Below are positions 1-9,096 of a DNA stretch of 64,000 nt, in pieces. Within the stretch, counting starts at the first letter, position 1. Each line of letters opens with the position of its first letter. Position numbers and translations under genes: made by a program. The stretch comes from Armatimonadota bacterium (lineage in GTDB: Bacteria > Armatimonadota > Hebobacteria > CAIYQO01). The notes below the pieces were generated by a model. That model was not told where the DNA came from. It saw only the letters and a list, made by a program, of their open reading frames with translations, and ran no database searches. Location of the stretch: assembly GCA_020060775.1 (NCBI GenBank), contig JAGUZN010000116.1, positions 3,995 through 67,994 on the forward strand. The letters run 5' to 3'.

Positions 1-736
1 CGCCGCCGAGGGCCAGGCTGAAGAAGGGTTGGAATTGATACCAGTAGTGCCCATGCGTGGTGAATCCAGCATCCATCGTGCTGTACATTGACGCATAGGC
101 TCTGTCGGTCGAGGCTCCCTGGAGTTTCAGCACCGGACTGGTGACGCCGACGGTATCGAACACCCACTTTTCGTTCCAGCCGGCAACAGCCCCGTCATCC
201 GGAGTGTAGGTGACCTTCACGCCGTTGCCTTTCTTGGCGGCAATATGGCCGTCGACGTAGGACATGATGGCGATGCCGCTGTGGCGGAAATCGATGTCGT
301 TGGGCATGTAGAGGACGTTGTCGTAGGTCACCGGCGAGGTGGTTGCCGCATGCTGGCCATCGGCGGTGAGGATGGTGTTGGCCGGCGAATCGATCTCGCC
401 GAGGGCCAGGCCAGAGACGGCATTGCTGTAGCCGTAGGCGTTGGCGACTTTCTTGCCCTTGGTGGGGCACATGAGGATGTTGCGATCCACGTTGATCTGC
501 GGCCAGACATCCGCGGAGAAGGGCATCTCTTCGTCGTGATCCTGGGCATACATGAGGATGGCGACGGCGATCTGCCGCTGATTGTTCAAGCAGCTGGATT
601 GCCGTGCCTTCTCCCGCGCCTTGGCGAACACGGGGAAGAGAATCGCGGCCAGGATAGCTATGATGGCAATCACGACGAGGAGTTCAATCAACGTGAACCC
701 TGATCTGGCCCGCACGGAACGGATAGCGAGTTGCAT
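1..736 (-). CDS. Pseudopilin-like protein with prepilin-type N-terminal cleavage/methylation domain and H-X9-DG motif. The 3' end lies outside the window.
   Basis: The minus-strand frame is open from ATG (736..734) to the window edge, so it is missing from the ORF track (no in-window stop). My translation reads [69 protein letters not shown]...[15 protein letters not shown]. An AAGGAGG-type SD lies just upstream. The C-terminal part differs from the other paralogs. Confidence 0.85.
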   Translation of the reverse strand, partial: MQLAIRSVRARSGFTLIELLVVIAIIAILAAILFPVFAKAREKARQSSCLNNQRQIAVAILMYAQDHDEEMPFSADVWPQINVDRNILMCPTKGKKVANAYGYSNAVSGLALGEIDSPANTILTADGQHAATTSPVTYDNVLYMPNDIDFRHSGIAIMSYVDGHIAAKKGNGVKVTYTPDDGAVAGWNEKWVFDTVGVTSPVLKLQGASTDRAYASMYSTMDAGFTTHGHYWYQFQPFFSLALGG

Positions 737-853
737 TCGAGGTACCTCCTTTTGAATAATCCCGAAAGATCTGTTATCGATATCCACTCCACCGATATGG
801 TGGAATGTCACACCCCTGGTTCGTGCTCTCTGAGCAGGCGCATAGCTTGCCGT

Positions 854-1816
854 TCACTCCGGCCAGTAGGCGGTGTTGATCATGAACTCGCGGTCGGCAA
901 CCACACGCTCTTTAAACGTCGCTTCCGCGGCTTCGTTAGTTTGCTCATAGGCATAAAGGCCTATGTACAGCTTGCGAGCCTCCAGCGGGTAATCCAGGCT
1001 GGTGGTCACGCCGTAATTGGAGAGTTTCACCGCGCCACCCTCGAGAGCGTCAGCCGGCAGCAACAGGCCGAGCGCTCCCTTTTTCTCATGCTTATCGCCA
1101 TAGAACACCCAGGTATCGGCAGGTGTCAACGGCAGTGCGGGATACGGCTGAGCTTCCGACGGTTTGAAGTCGGGTGGCACTTCGCCGGCAGCACCCTGGG
1201 AGGTGTACGCATAGCGGTGACTGGGAATGCCGTGTGCGGGGCCGAACCCGCCTGGATATCCATGTAGACTCACCTTGATGGACTCCACCGCCATGCCAGG
1301 CAGCGTCAGGTCGACGCGCAGGAAGATGGCATGGCCGTCGTCGGGCACCAGGAAGTTCAATGCCAGCTTGCGGTTCTCGTTGAACTCCCAGATGAAGCGC
1401 AGGTAGCCGTTCGGCCCTTCCTTGCTCTCGACGCGGGTGGCGGGTGCGGCGGCCATAATGTCGTGGCCGTTCACCAGCACGCGGAGGCAATTACCGCGAT
1501 ACCAGTTGCCGAAGGGTCCGCCATCCAGGCCGACGCCCATATCGTAGCCGGCGAGGGAGGGATACTGGCCAGTGAAGTGCGGAGGGACATTCAAGTAGCG
1601 CGTGTAGTGGATTTGCGGTTTGGCGGCTCCGGCGGCAAAGGTCCAGGTTTCACCTTTGAGCGACGGTTTTTTTTCGTCGCCTTCGGTCAGCCGGGCTTTC
1701 TTTTCGATCTTCACATTGGTGTCGCCCATTGCCGCTTTCAAGGCATCCAGGCCATCCGCGGAGGCGAGTGCTGCCGCAAGACAACACACCAGCAGTGCGA
1801 TCAGCAAACGCATCAT
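854..1816 (-). CDS. Secreted hypothetical protein. It is a stand-alone copy of the C-terminal domain carried by the pseudopilin-like proteins.
   Basis: Track ORF 854..1828 starts at GTG. ATG at 1816 follows a GGAAGGTGGAAGG SD and gives the signal peptide MMRLLIALLVCCLAAALASA. By eye it aligns to the pilin C-termini: GNWYRGNCLRVLVNG vs [30 protein letters not shown] vs [22 protein letters not shown] vs CYPAGFN, and PADTW...GLLLPADA...VKL vs PSDSW...[12 protein letters not shown]. Confidence 0.8.
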   Translation of the reverse strand: MMRLLIALLVCCLAAALASADGLDALKAAMGDTNVKIEKKARLTEGDEKKPSLKGETWTFAAGAAKPQIHYTRYLNVPPHFTGQYPSLAGYDMGVGLDGGPFGNWYRGNCLRVLVNGHDIMAAAPATRVESKEGPNGYLRFIWEFNENRKLALNFLVPDDGHAIFLRVDLTLPGMAVESIKVSLHGYPGGFGPAHGIPSHRYAYTSQGAAGEVPPDFKPSEAQPYPALPLTPADTWVFYGDKHEKKGALGLLLPADALEGGAVKLSNYGVTTSLDYPLEARKLYIGLYAYEQTNEAAEATFKERVVADREFMINTAYWPE

Positions 1817-1856
1817 TCTACCTTCCACCTTCCATCATCAACCTTCGAGTGAGTTC

Positions 1857-1977
1857 CTTAGAAATTGTTTTCAACATCTCTGTCCGGTCTCTGATAGCGC
1901 CTCGGAGCCCCCAGACCAACAGCCACGAACATTTACGGAGCGATCCGCGAACAGATCCTGTGAAAATCATTTCTTAG
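1857..1977. repeat. Intergenic palindromic element, copy A (MITE/REP-like)
   Basis: Left arm is CTTAGAAATTGTTTTCAACATCTCTGTCC. Right arm is ACAGATCCTGTGAAAATCATTTCTTAG, its imperfect reverse complement. It shares the GCGATCCGC(G/A)AACAGATCC core with copy B. Confidence 0.7.
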
Positions 1978-2045
1978 TTCTCGATGCACCCTCCACGGGA
2001 GCTGGTTGCCGGAATCAGCATATTGCTCGTATGACACTACAGACC

Positions 2046-2075
2046 TTGATTAGTTCTGTACCGGTGCAGTATACT
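2046..2075 (+). promoter_or_regulatory. Sigma70-like promoter of the LacI gene at 2111
   Basis: TTGATT (2046-2051), 18-nt spacer, TATACT (2070-2075). The predicted TSS falls inside the palindrome at 2080-2093. Confidence 0.5.
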
Positions 2076-2079
2076 GTTA

Positions 2080-2093
2080 TTAAACAAGTTAAC
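2080..2093. promoter_or_regulatory. Operator-like palindrome TTAAACAAGTTAAC (family GTTTAACTTGTTAAAC)
   Basis: Inverted half-sites GTTAAC/TTAAAC around a central AAG/CTT. It lies 17 nt upstream of the LacI start, in the divergent region shared with gene 854..1816. The same motif recurs at 7281, 8912 and 13975. Confidence 0.55.
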
Positions 2094-2110
2094 ATCTCTG
2101 GAGTCCGGGC

Positions 2111-3139
2111 ATGGTCACCGTTCGCCAACTTGCAAAACTTGCCGGCGTTTCCACCGCCACCGTTTCGCTCAGCCTGCGCAATGATCCGCGCATCTCGGCG
2201 GGGACCCGGCAGCGCATCCAGGAACTAGCCGCCCAGCATCAATACCGCAACAACCGCATCACACACATGGCCGGCCGTGGCGAGGCGGTGCCGGTCGGTT
2301 ATCTGATTTCAGCGATCACCTCGGTGTTCGGCATGCAAGCGCTGGATGGCATTATCGAAACGCCCACCAGGAACAGCTACAGCATCCTGCCGATCCAGGT
2401 ACTGAGCAATCCGCTGGTGACCCAGCAGGCCATTCACGACTTTGTCCAGCAACGCGTGGCCGGCGTGCTGATCTTCCCGGGACAGATGGCTCCGGTCACC
2501 TCGGCATCCGTACTGGAGATGTGGAGCCAGGGCATCTACCCCATTGCGCTCAACTACACCCTGTCGGAGATCCCCATCGACAGCGTCTTCACCGACGATG
2601 ATGCGGCCGGAGAGATCGCCGTCGAGTATCTTGCCTCGCTTGGCCATTGCCGCATCGGCTATCTCGGACAGGTAACACACGGTAATGCCGTTCGCCGGGC
2701 GCAGGGCATCCGCGCAGCCCTTGAACGTCGAGGTCTCTCGACCGATTACCTCCTCCATCGCCTGGAATCGCATAAGCTGGACATCTGGGACAGGGCATTG
2801 GCCACATTTCTGGCGATGCCGCACCCACCGACCGCCATCATTGCGCAAACTGCCGGCATCACCGCACGTCTGATGCAACGTGCGACTCGCATTGGGCTGC
2901 GGGTGCCGCAGGATATCAGCCTGCTCGCCGGCAGCGAGTCAACCATTACCGAGTACAATAACCCGGCCATCACCGCGATCGCTGAACATCCCAAAGAGTT
3001 CGGCCGACAAGCTATTCTGTTATTGCAACAGCGGTTGCAGGATGAGGCGCCGCCCTCGGCTATCAAGCCGGCGCTCATCAAGGTTGCCCCCACACTGATC
3101 GTGCGGGAGTCCTGCACTCACCCCCGAGCGCGTGGCTAG
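2111..3139 (+). CDS. LacI/GalR-family transcriptional regulator
   Basis: N-terminal HTH MVTVRQLAKLAGVSTATVSLSLRNDPRISAGTRQRIQELAAQHQY, followed by a periplasmic-binding-protein-like sugar-binding core. Confidence 0.9.
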   Translation: MVTVRQLAKLAGVSTATVSLSLRNDPRISAGTRQRIQELAAQHQYRNNRITHMAGRGEAVPVGYLISAITSVFGMQALDGIIETPTRNSYSILPIQVLSNPLVTQQAIHDFVQQRVAGVLIFPGQMAPVTSASVLEMWSQGIYPIALNYTLSEIPIDSVFTDDDAAGEIAVEYLASLGHCRIGYLGQVTHGNAVRRAQGIRAALERRGLSTDYLLHRLESHKLDIWDRALATFLAMPHPPTAIIAQTAGITARLMQRATRIGLRVPQDISLLAGSESTITEYNNPAITAIAEHPKEFGRQAILLLQQRLQDEAPPSAIKPALIKVAPTLIVRESCTHPRARG

Positions 3140-3285
3140 TTCGGCAATCGGTCGCCAACTTATGCTTTACTAATGCGGATAAGTTAATATATTGTACTGC
3201 TGAGAGTTGCATCCGTCAAGGGGATGGGGTATCGTATTTACTCCGGCACTGTCGATTGCATCGCCTGGTATGCATCGGCATGCCG

Positions 3286-3304
3286 GGTAATTCCACGGAT
3301 TACC
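3286..3304. promoter_or_regulatory. Inverted repeat GGTAAT-N7-ATTACC immediately upstream of the second LacI gene
   Basis: The 6-bp arms are seen directly, 9 nt upstream of ATG 3313. Function is unknown. Confidence 0.25.
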
Positions 3305-3312
3305 GAGGCATT

Positions 3313-4413
3313 ATGCGAGTAACACAACGTGATATTGCCGCTCGCTGCGGCGTTTCCAACGCCACCGTCTCCCTCGCCTTGCGGCACGACCCGCAAATCA
3401 GCGAGGAGACCATCGAACGCATTCATACGGTGGCGGCTGAGATGGGGTATGTGCAGGGCCAGAACCAGGCGGCGCGCCGTCTGGCGCTGCAACGTTTCGG
3501 ACGTCCGGTCATCAATCATGTCATTGCCGCCTTCTTTTCAGACGAGTTCTACCGGCAAGCCTACTCAATGCGCGTGTACCGCGGCATTCTGGAAACGACG
3601 ACGCGGGCCCGTTTTGCCTTGCTCACTGCGACCTTCACCCACCCCACCGACTCGGCCGAGTCGCATGTGCCAGCGGTGTTCACCAGCGGCGAAGTGGACG
3701 GCATCATCACCCATGCCGGCACCGACGCGCATTTCTACCAGGAGTTATCGCGCTACCCCGGATTCCGCTCTCGCCCGGTCGTCTCGTTTTACGAGCCTGT
3801 GCCGGGCTGTGCCTGCGTGCGGTTTGACGATGAACAGGGCTCGTACCAGGCGGCACGCCATCTGCTGGAATTGGGTCACCGGCACCTGCTCCTGTGCATC
3901 ACGCGCGAACTGTGGGCAGATACCGCTGGACCGCGCGTGCACGGCGTGCAGCGCGCCATGGCCGAGATGGACCTCGATGAGCACCGGCACCTCCACCTGC
4001 TGGAAGTGCCGGTCGGTTGGATTCATCCTGATCAGACGATGACGTTTGCCGATATGCCGCGCGATGACGGGGAGTTGTTTCCCGGCCTGCTGGATCTCCT
4101 GTGCCGGCATCCTGAGGTGACGGCGATTCTCGCGCGCAATGACTCGATCGCGCTCCGCGCCTGGCACGATCTCACCCGTGCCGGCTACCGCATCCCCGAG
4201 GATTACAGTCTGGTCGGTTACGACGATTACACCGACATCCCCGACGCGCACGGCGAGAATATACTTACCACGGTGCACGTACCACTGGAGGAGATGGGGC
4301 GGCAGGCAGCGCAGTTGCTCATCGACCAAACCACCGGTGAAAGGACCACGCACCAGGAGATCGTGTTGCCAGTGGAACTCCTGGTGCGTGCATCGACTGC
4401 GCCGCCGCGATAG
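3313..4413 (+). CDS. LacI/GalR-family transcriptional regulator
   Basis: The track ORF starts at 3256. The internal ATG at 3313 gives MRVTQRDIAARCGVSNATVSLALRHDPQISEETIERIHTVAAEMGY, which has typical LacI N-terminal spacing. Confidence 0.88.
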   Translation: MRVTQRDIAARCGVSNATVSLALRHDPQISEETIERIHTVAAEMGYVQGQNQAARRLALQRFGRPVINHVIAAFFSDEFYRQAYSMRVYRGILETTTRARFALLTATFTHPTDSAESHVPAVFTSGEVDGIITHAGTDAHFYQELSRYPGFRSRPVVSFYEPVPGCACVRFDDEQGSYQAARHLLELGHRHLLLCITRELWADTAGPRVHGVQRAMAEMDLDEHRHLHLLEVPVGWIHPDQTMTFADMPRDDGELFPGLLDLLCRHPEVTAILARNDSIALRAWHDLTRAGYRIPEDYSLVGYDDYTDIPDAHGENILTTVHVPLEEMGRQAAQLLIDQTTGERTTHQEIVLPVELLVRASTAPPR

Positions 4414-4416
4414 TCA

Positions 4417-5493
4417 TTAGTCCGCCAGGCGCCGGGCGACTTCCCAGTAGGTGCGTACATTCTCTTCCGGGGTGTCGGGATCGACACCCGAACAGAAGAT
4501 CGTGTAATTCTCGCCTAACGCCTCGCTCATCTGCCAGAGCTTGGCTTCGATCTCTGCCGGCGTCTGCGTGATGAACTGCCCGGGGTCGTAGTAGGCGTGA
4601 ATGAGCGTATGGGGAAAGAGGGCGCGCGCCTTGGCCAGATCGGTGCCGTCACCCAGTTGCAGCAGGGTGATGTTGGGCACCTGGGCAAAGAGCTCGAGTA
4701 AGTGAGTGGAGCGCCCGCAGGAGTGAATGGTGCCGCCTTCACAATCCGCCATGATGCGTTGATAGAGCGGCAGCGAGAACTGCTCGTAGAGCGATGGGGA
4801 GAGCAGGGTGGCGGCGCAGTCGCCCAGGTGGATCTTGGTGCCCTGCCAACCCATGCGCGCGCACACCGCCGCCCATAGGCCCTGGTACTGGCGCATCAGC
4901 CACTCCAGTATCCCTTGTGCTAGTTCCTCTTCGAGGATCATATACTCCATGACGCGCTCGCCCAGCAGGCGGAAGGCGGTGGTGTACGGGGTATGCATCA
5001 CCAGGAAGCTGCGCTCGCCCTGTTCACCTTCCTGATACACATCTTGCACGAAGGCAATGGGGCGGTCGGGGTAAGCCGCGCGCATTACATCTACCTGCCG
5101 GAACAGGTCCTGAAAGAGCGGGTTTTCCTCCCAGACGATATCGCCGAGCCGCTCCAGTGCATCCAGCGAGTCTACGTGTTCCAGCGGCCGGTCCGGCGTC
5201 CACACCGACTCTTCACGCTGGAAGACCATGCGCCCGCCCAGGGCGGCGTTCATGAAATCCAGCGGCTGCACCCCGACGCCCAGCACCGGCTGCGGGTCGG
5301 CATCGCCCATGCCGTACTGTCCAAAGCGTTGGTGTTGTCTGATGGCCAACTGCTGTTCCTGTGCCAAGCGAAACAGGGGGTCGTGATGGTACCGCTCGCC
5401 ATAATCAATGCCGTATGTGCGCGCATTGTACGCGGGGTGGAAATCCAGTTGGGCGCCATGCGGCAGCGCGGTGGTGAGAATTTCCGTTGCCAT
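4417..5493 (-). CDS. Uroporphyrinogen-decarboxylase (URO-D)-like family protein; function unknown
   Basis: 358-aa ORF with an AGGAG SD. The overall pattern (C-terminal ...IHSCG...LQLGD...) recalls URO-D/MtaA-like TIM-barrel proteins. The assignment rests on resemblance only. Confidence 0.5.
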   Translation of the reverse strand: MATEILTTALPHGAQLDFHPAYNARTYGIDYGERYHHDPLFRLAQEQQLAIRQHQRFGQYGMGDADPQPVLGVGVQPLDFMNAALGGRMVFQREESVWTPDRPLEHVDSLDALERLGDIVWEENPLFQDLFRQVDVMRAAYPDRPIAFVQDVYQEGEQGERSFLVMHTPYTTAFRLLGERVMEYMILEEELAQGILEWLMRQYQGLWAAVCARMGWQGTKIHLGDCAATLLSPSLYEQFSLPLYQRIMADCEGGTIHSCGRSTHLLELFAQVPNITLLQLGDGTDLAKARALFPHTLIHAYYDPGQFITQTPAEIEAKLWQMSEALGENYTIFCSGVDPDTPEENVRTYWEVARRLAD

Positions 5494-5606
5494 GTTCTGC
5501 CTACTCCTGAGTAGTTATCTGTCTCGGTCCTGCAGGCGATCATGCGATCAATATACCCGACTTTTCCCTGTCTGTGCAGGGGGAAGAGGCCGACGTTTCG
5601 CGATCG

Positions 5607-6992
5607 CTAAAAGTACGTCCGATAGTTATACGCGTGCGGCGGCGCCACATAGGGCTTTGGTTGGCCGCCGCCATCTTCCTGGGTAAAGATGAAGATCGCC
5701 GTGCCGTTGTATGGCTGATAGAGCACCAGTTCCTCGCGCGCATCGCCGCAGAGGTCCACGGGGAAGGCTTGCGCCGCCAGGTCCTTCTTGGTGTTCCCGC
5801 AGCCCAGCGCTTCACGGACTTCCGCATCATACGATCCCAGGTCGGCCACCAGCCGCCCCCGGCCGTCCACCAGCGCACGGTCCACCGGCAGGTAGAGCAG
5901 TTCGGCATCCGGACGACTCCAGCGCACGGACATCGGCGTATCCGGATATTGTTCGTATTGCGTGAGATGGGTGAATGTCGCGATGGTTGCACCGGTCGCA
6001 GCATCCAACGTGAGAAAGTCGCCGACATGGCCGCTCTTCAGTATGATCGCCTGCATGCCGGGTTCACCCTCGATGAAGCGCCCGACCCACATGCCCTGCC
6101 CGTGGGTGACTTCTTCGGCTGAGGCCTGCCAGATGATGTTCCCCTGCACATCCAGGCAGTAGGCCGGTCCGGTGCCGCAGATGCTCATGAAGAGCCGGGG
6201 TTCCTCACCAGGACACAACGGTTGCGCAGCGGTGAAATCTGCGTGCGAGCCGAAGGTTTTCACCCAGCGCGGCTGTCCATCGGCGCCGGCGAGCATCTGG
6301 CCCAGCAGCAGTTCGGTGCACCCATCGCCGTCGATATCGCACACCGTGCCCATGTGCCCCATGGCATGCGGCTCGGCGTCGATATGCCAGAGCGGCTGCA
6401 GTTGATGATCGAAGGCAAAGGCATGACAGGGAATGCGCCCACTCGCTTCGTACTTCAACACGATGGCCGGCGGGGCGTCGGGGCCGTGGAGATGTGCGAT
6501 GAGCACGTGCGGTGAGGGCCGCCAGCACTCGTAACCAGCCGGTTCGCGAAGGTCGGCGGTGAGGGGAGACGGTATGCCGTATTTCACCTCACCGGTACTG
6601 CCGTCCAGAATGTACAGGTTCGGCCGGCCAGCCTCCCACAACTCGGCGACGACCTCGGTCTTCCCGTCGCCATCCACATCGTAGGCGCAGGCCATTCCCC
6701 GGCACGGCGGTTCATGCCAGTAGCCCTGAGTTGCATGAGTGCGCAGTTCCGGATTTCCGCGTTGCCAGAGCAGGCGGCCGTCGTGATCCAGCGCGCCCAG
6801 CCACGCGGGGGTGGTGAGCGGACCGCAGCGGTGGAGCAGGAAGTCCACGCGCCCATCGTTGTCGAGGTCGCCTAGCGAGAGAAAGGTACGCGACCACTCA
6901 CCCAACTCGATGCGCTTCCAGAGTACGGCGGCAGGTCCCTGGCAATCACCCTCAACGGCACTGGCGCCATATTGCACAGGCTTCACGGTCAC
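5607..6992 (-). CDS. FG-GAP/VCBS-type repeat beta-propeller protein; no signal peptide seen
   Basis: Repeated Ca-binding-like motifs are present: DLDNDGRVDF, DVDGDGKTEV, DIDGDGCTEL, DLCGDAREEL. The start may instead be the GTG at 6986. A distant rhamnogalacturonan-lyase (PL11)-like fold is possible but unsupported. Confidence 0.55.
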   Translation of the reverse strand: MTVKPVQYGASAVEGDCQGPAAVLWKRIELGEWSRTFLSLGDLDNDGRVDFLLHRCGPLTTPAWLGALDHDGRLLWQRGNPELRTHATQGYWHEPPCRGMACAYDVDGDGKTEVVAELWEAGRPNLYILDGSTGEVKYGIPSPLTADLREPAGYECWRPSPHVLIAHLHGPDAPPAIVLKYEASGRIPCHAFAFDHQLQPLWHIDAEPHAMGHMGTVCDIDGDGCTELLLGQMLAGADGQPRWVKTFGSHADFTAAQPLCPGEEPRLFMSICGTGPAYCLDVQGNIIWQASAEEVTHGQGMWVGRFIEGEPGMQAIILKSGHVGDFLTLDAATGATIATFTHLTQYEQYPDTPMSVRWSRPDAELLYLPVDRALVDGRGRLVADLGSYDAEVREALGCGNTKKDLAAQAFPVDLCGDAREELVLYQPYNGTAIFIFTQEDGGGQPKPYVAPPHAYNYRTYF

Positions 6993-7280
6993 CCTCCAAT
7001 ACTGGATCCGATTGCATGCATAGTAGTACGTGTGCCGGGTCAGTCGTCAACGGTTATCGCGCATAATTTGTGCAACATGTTCCGGGCATCGCATCGGGTT
7101 ACTGAGCAGCCTCGATACGCCCGAGCGGCGTTGGCCTGCCCGGCTCACCCGTTCGCGATGCAAACCCACCACGCCCAGGCTTTTGCCGGCACGGCGAAGC
7201 ACGGTTGTAGATATACACCCCAGATTGGCGATGTGTCGCATTATAGCAGAAGCAATGGCCTTCTCGACGGGTTGATGTTC

Positions 7281-7296
7281 GTTTAACTTGTTTAGC
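7281..7296. promoter_or_regulatory. Operator-like palindrome GTTTAACTTGTTTAGC
   Basis: Same motif family as 2080, 8912 and 13975. It lies 20 bp upstream of the putative -35 of gene 7475. Confidence 0.5.
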
Positions 7297-7316
7297 TGAT
7301 ATTTTTCCCCAGATCA

Positions 7317-7346
7317 TTATCGCTACAGCACTTCGCATGATATAAT
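7317..7346 (+). promoter_or_regulatory. Putative promoter of pseudopilin-like gene 7475
   Basis: TTATCG, 18-nt spacer, TATAAT. The ATTATCG(C/A)T box is conserved upstream of genes 7475, 9097 and 14218. Confidence 0.45.
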
Positions 7347-7474
7347 GTACATCGAGCATCATACCGCATCTCGACCGGTAGCAACCCCACCGTAGTGGGT
7401 TCACGCCGGGCATTTTTCAGATCTCGCAGCATGCGGAAGGTCCGGTATGTTTTCGTTCGAAAGGAGCATCAGTT

Positions 7475-8797
7475 ATGCGAACCCCATTTCTAGCAAGGAT
7501 GACGCGGCAGGCAGGGTTTACCCTTATTGAGTTGCTCGTCGTAATCGCCATCATTGCCATTCTGGCGGCGATTCTCTTCCCCGTGTTCGCCAAAGCGCGG
7601 GAAAAGGCCCGACAGTCGTCGTGCATGAACAACCAGCGGCAGATTGCCGTGGCCATGCTCATGTGGGCGCAGGACCACGATGAAACTCTGCCCGACGAAT
7701 CGAATGTTTGGCCGGAGATCAATGTGGACCGCAACATCCTCATGTGCCCTACCAAGGGGAAAAAGGTCGCCAATGCCTATGTGTACAACGGCACGCTTTC
7801 CAGCATAACGCTTGGTGAATTGCCTGACCCCTCTCAGGTGATGCTCACTGCCGACGGTAATGCGACCAGCGGTACACCGGGCGCTTTTGACAATGTTGCG
7901 TATTCGATGGACGATCTCGATTACCGTCACAGTAATCGGACAGTCGTCTCCTTTGTTGATGGCCACATGGGACTCGGCGGAGGATCGAAATTACAAATTG
8001 ATGTCATGCCGCGCACTGCCGCGCCCACGGCCTGGAATCGCACAGACTACGCCTTCAAGGTGAACAGCAACCCGGATAACAACTACTGGCCGCAAGTAAA
8101 TGCCTACCACATGAACGGCAATTACCGCCCTGGCCTGGCCGACCCCACCTGGGCGAAAACCGCCTGGTGGCAGTGGTACTACGGAGGATTCCTCTATGTG
8201 TACTTGAACGGCAGCGAAGTGTGCGGCGCCAGCGCCCCCAGCATCACCTACCGTGAGGGCAACAACTTCGCCTATGTCCGTGAAGTCTGGTCAACCCAGG
8301 GTGGGCAAATGTCAGTCGCCTTTACCGTCCCATATGACGGGCACTGCATTTACATGTCCATCGACTTTGCGAACATCACTGTCTCCAGCCTGGAACTCCT
8401 GTTAGTGGCCTACCCGGGCGGCGCATGGAGTGCCAACAATATGGAAGCTTCGTCGGCCAGCAAGACCATCACCTGTGCCAGCACAGCTTCCGCCCCCTGG
8501 CCTGAACTTGCGGTTTCAGAGCGGGAGAGTTGGGTGTTCAACTCGACTTCCACTGCTCATCGCGGCAGCGTCGGCTATGTGAAGGTGCCCGAGGAGAACG
8601 GCGTTGGCCGAACGGTCGTGACGAACTATCCGATCTACAACTACATCACCTATCCATCGGACTCGAATAGCGTACATGTTGCGCTGTACCAGTATGGTCA
8701 CCTCAACAATTCGTACCGCGACCAGTTTAAACAGTCCCTGGCGCAAACGGCGACGCGGGACATCGGCACCCTTCGGGGAGCGCCGTTCCTGTTCTAG
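7475..8797 (+). CDS. Pseudopilin-like protein: prepilin N-terminal methylation domain, H-X9-DG motif and an uncharacterised C-terminal 'WWQWYYGG' domain
   Basis: [14 protein letters not shown]|[36 protein letters not shown]; [13 protein letters not shown]; C-terminal [16 protein letters not shown]...[14 protein letters not shown]...AYPGGAW...GAPFLF. An AAAGGAG SD precedes the start. Confidence 0.9.
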   Translation: MRTPFLARMTRQAGFTLIELLVVIAIIAILAAILFPVFAKAREKARQSSCMNNQRQIAVAMLMWAQDHDETLPDESNVWPEINVDRNILMCPTKGKKVANAYVYNGTLSSITLGELPDPSQVMLTADGNATSGTPGAFDNVAYSMDDLDYRHSNRTVVSFVDGHMGLGGGSKLQIDVMPRTAAPTAWNRTDYAFKVNSNPDNNYWPQVNAYHMNGNYRPGLADPTWAKTAWWQWYYGGFLYVYLNGSEVCGASAPSITYREGNNFAYVREVWSTQGGQMSVAFTVPYDGHCIYMSIDFANITVSSLELLLVAYPGGAWSANNMEASSASKTITCASTASAPWPELAVSERESWVFNSTSTAHRGSVGYVKVPEENGVGRTVVTNYPIYNYITYPSDSNSVHVALYQYGHLNNSYRDQFKQSLAQTATRDIGTLRGAPFLF

Positions 8798-8822
8798 CCG
8801 ACATAGCGACCACAGACAAGCA

Positions 8823-8848
8823 GAGCCCCGGCACACGTGCCGGGGCTC
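8823..8848 (+). terminator. Terminator-like hairpin (no clear U-tract)
   Basis: GAGCCCCGGCA-cacg-TGCCGGGGCTC, an 11-bp perfect stem, lies 26 nt after the stop of gene 7475. The same stem sequence recurs after the other two paralogs. Confidence 0.5.
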
Positions 8849-8911
8849 GCTAAGTAAAGCGGTTCTGCCGCAACAGAGGAACCTGGCACGCCGTTTACGA
8901 TCCCTCGAATC

Positions 8912-8927
8912 GTTTAACTTGTTAACT
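8912..8927. promoter_or_regulatory. Operator-like palindrome GTTTAACTTGTTAACT
   Basis: Same motif family. It is followed by an ATTTTTC...ATTATCGAT box and AT-rich TATAAG/TTATAA -10 candidates upstream of gene 9097. Confidence 0.5.
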
Positions 8928-9096
8928 AACAATTTTTCTTATAAGATTATCGATACAACGTGTTTATAAGTTATAAAAATATTTGAATGCCTTATTATCC
9001 GTGTTTTGGGGCTCCGGTATCAGCGCCTGATTTGACGGCAGGGAGCTTCGATACAAGTATCAAGGCATGCCATGTTTTATTAAAAGGAGGATTAGT

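Noticed and set aside
6972-7413. Small ORFs in the 6993-7474 intergenic region: 6972..7286, 7030..7275, 7047..7241 and 7099..7413.
   Set aside because: They have no SD sites, overlap each other in several frames, and span the AT-rich promoter/operator block. The region is better explained as a divergent regulatory region.
7417-7773. A conserved 'protein family' MATF(F/L)[18 protein letters not shown]... appears in ORFs 7417..7773(-), 9060..9395(-), 12421..12741(-) and 39838..40116(+).
   Set aside because: All four lie exactly antisense to the highly conserved prepilin/H-X9-DG 5' regions. Their conservation is a mirror of the sense-strand conservation, and they lack SD sites or independent support.
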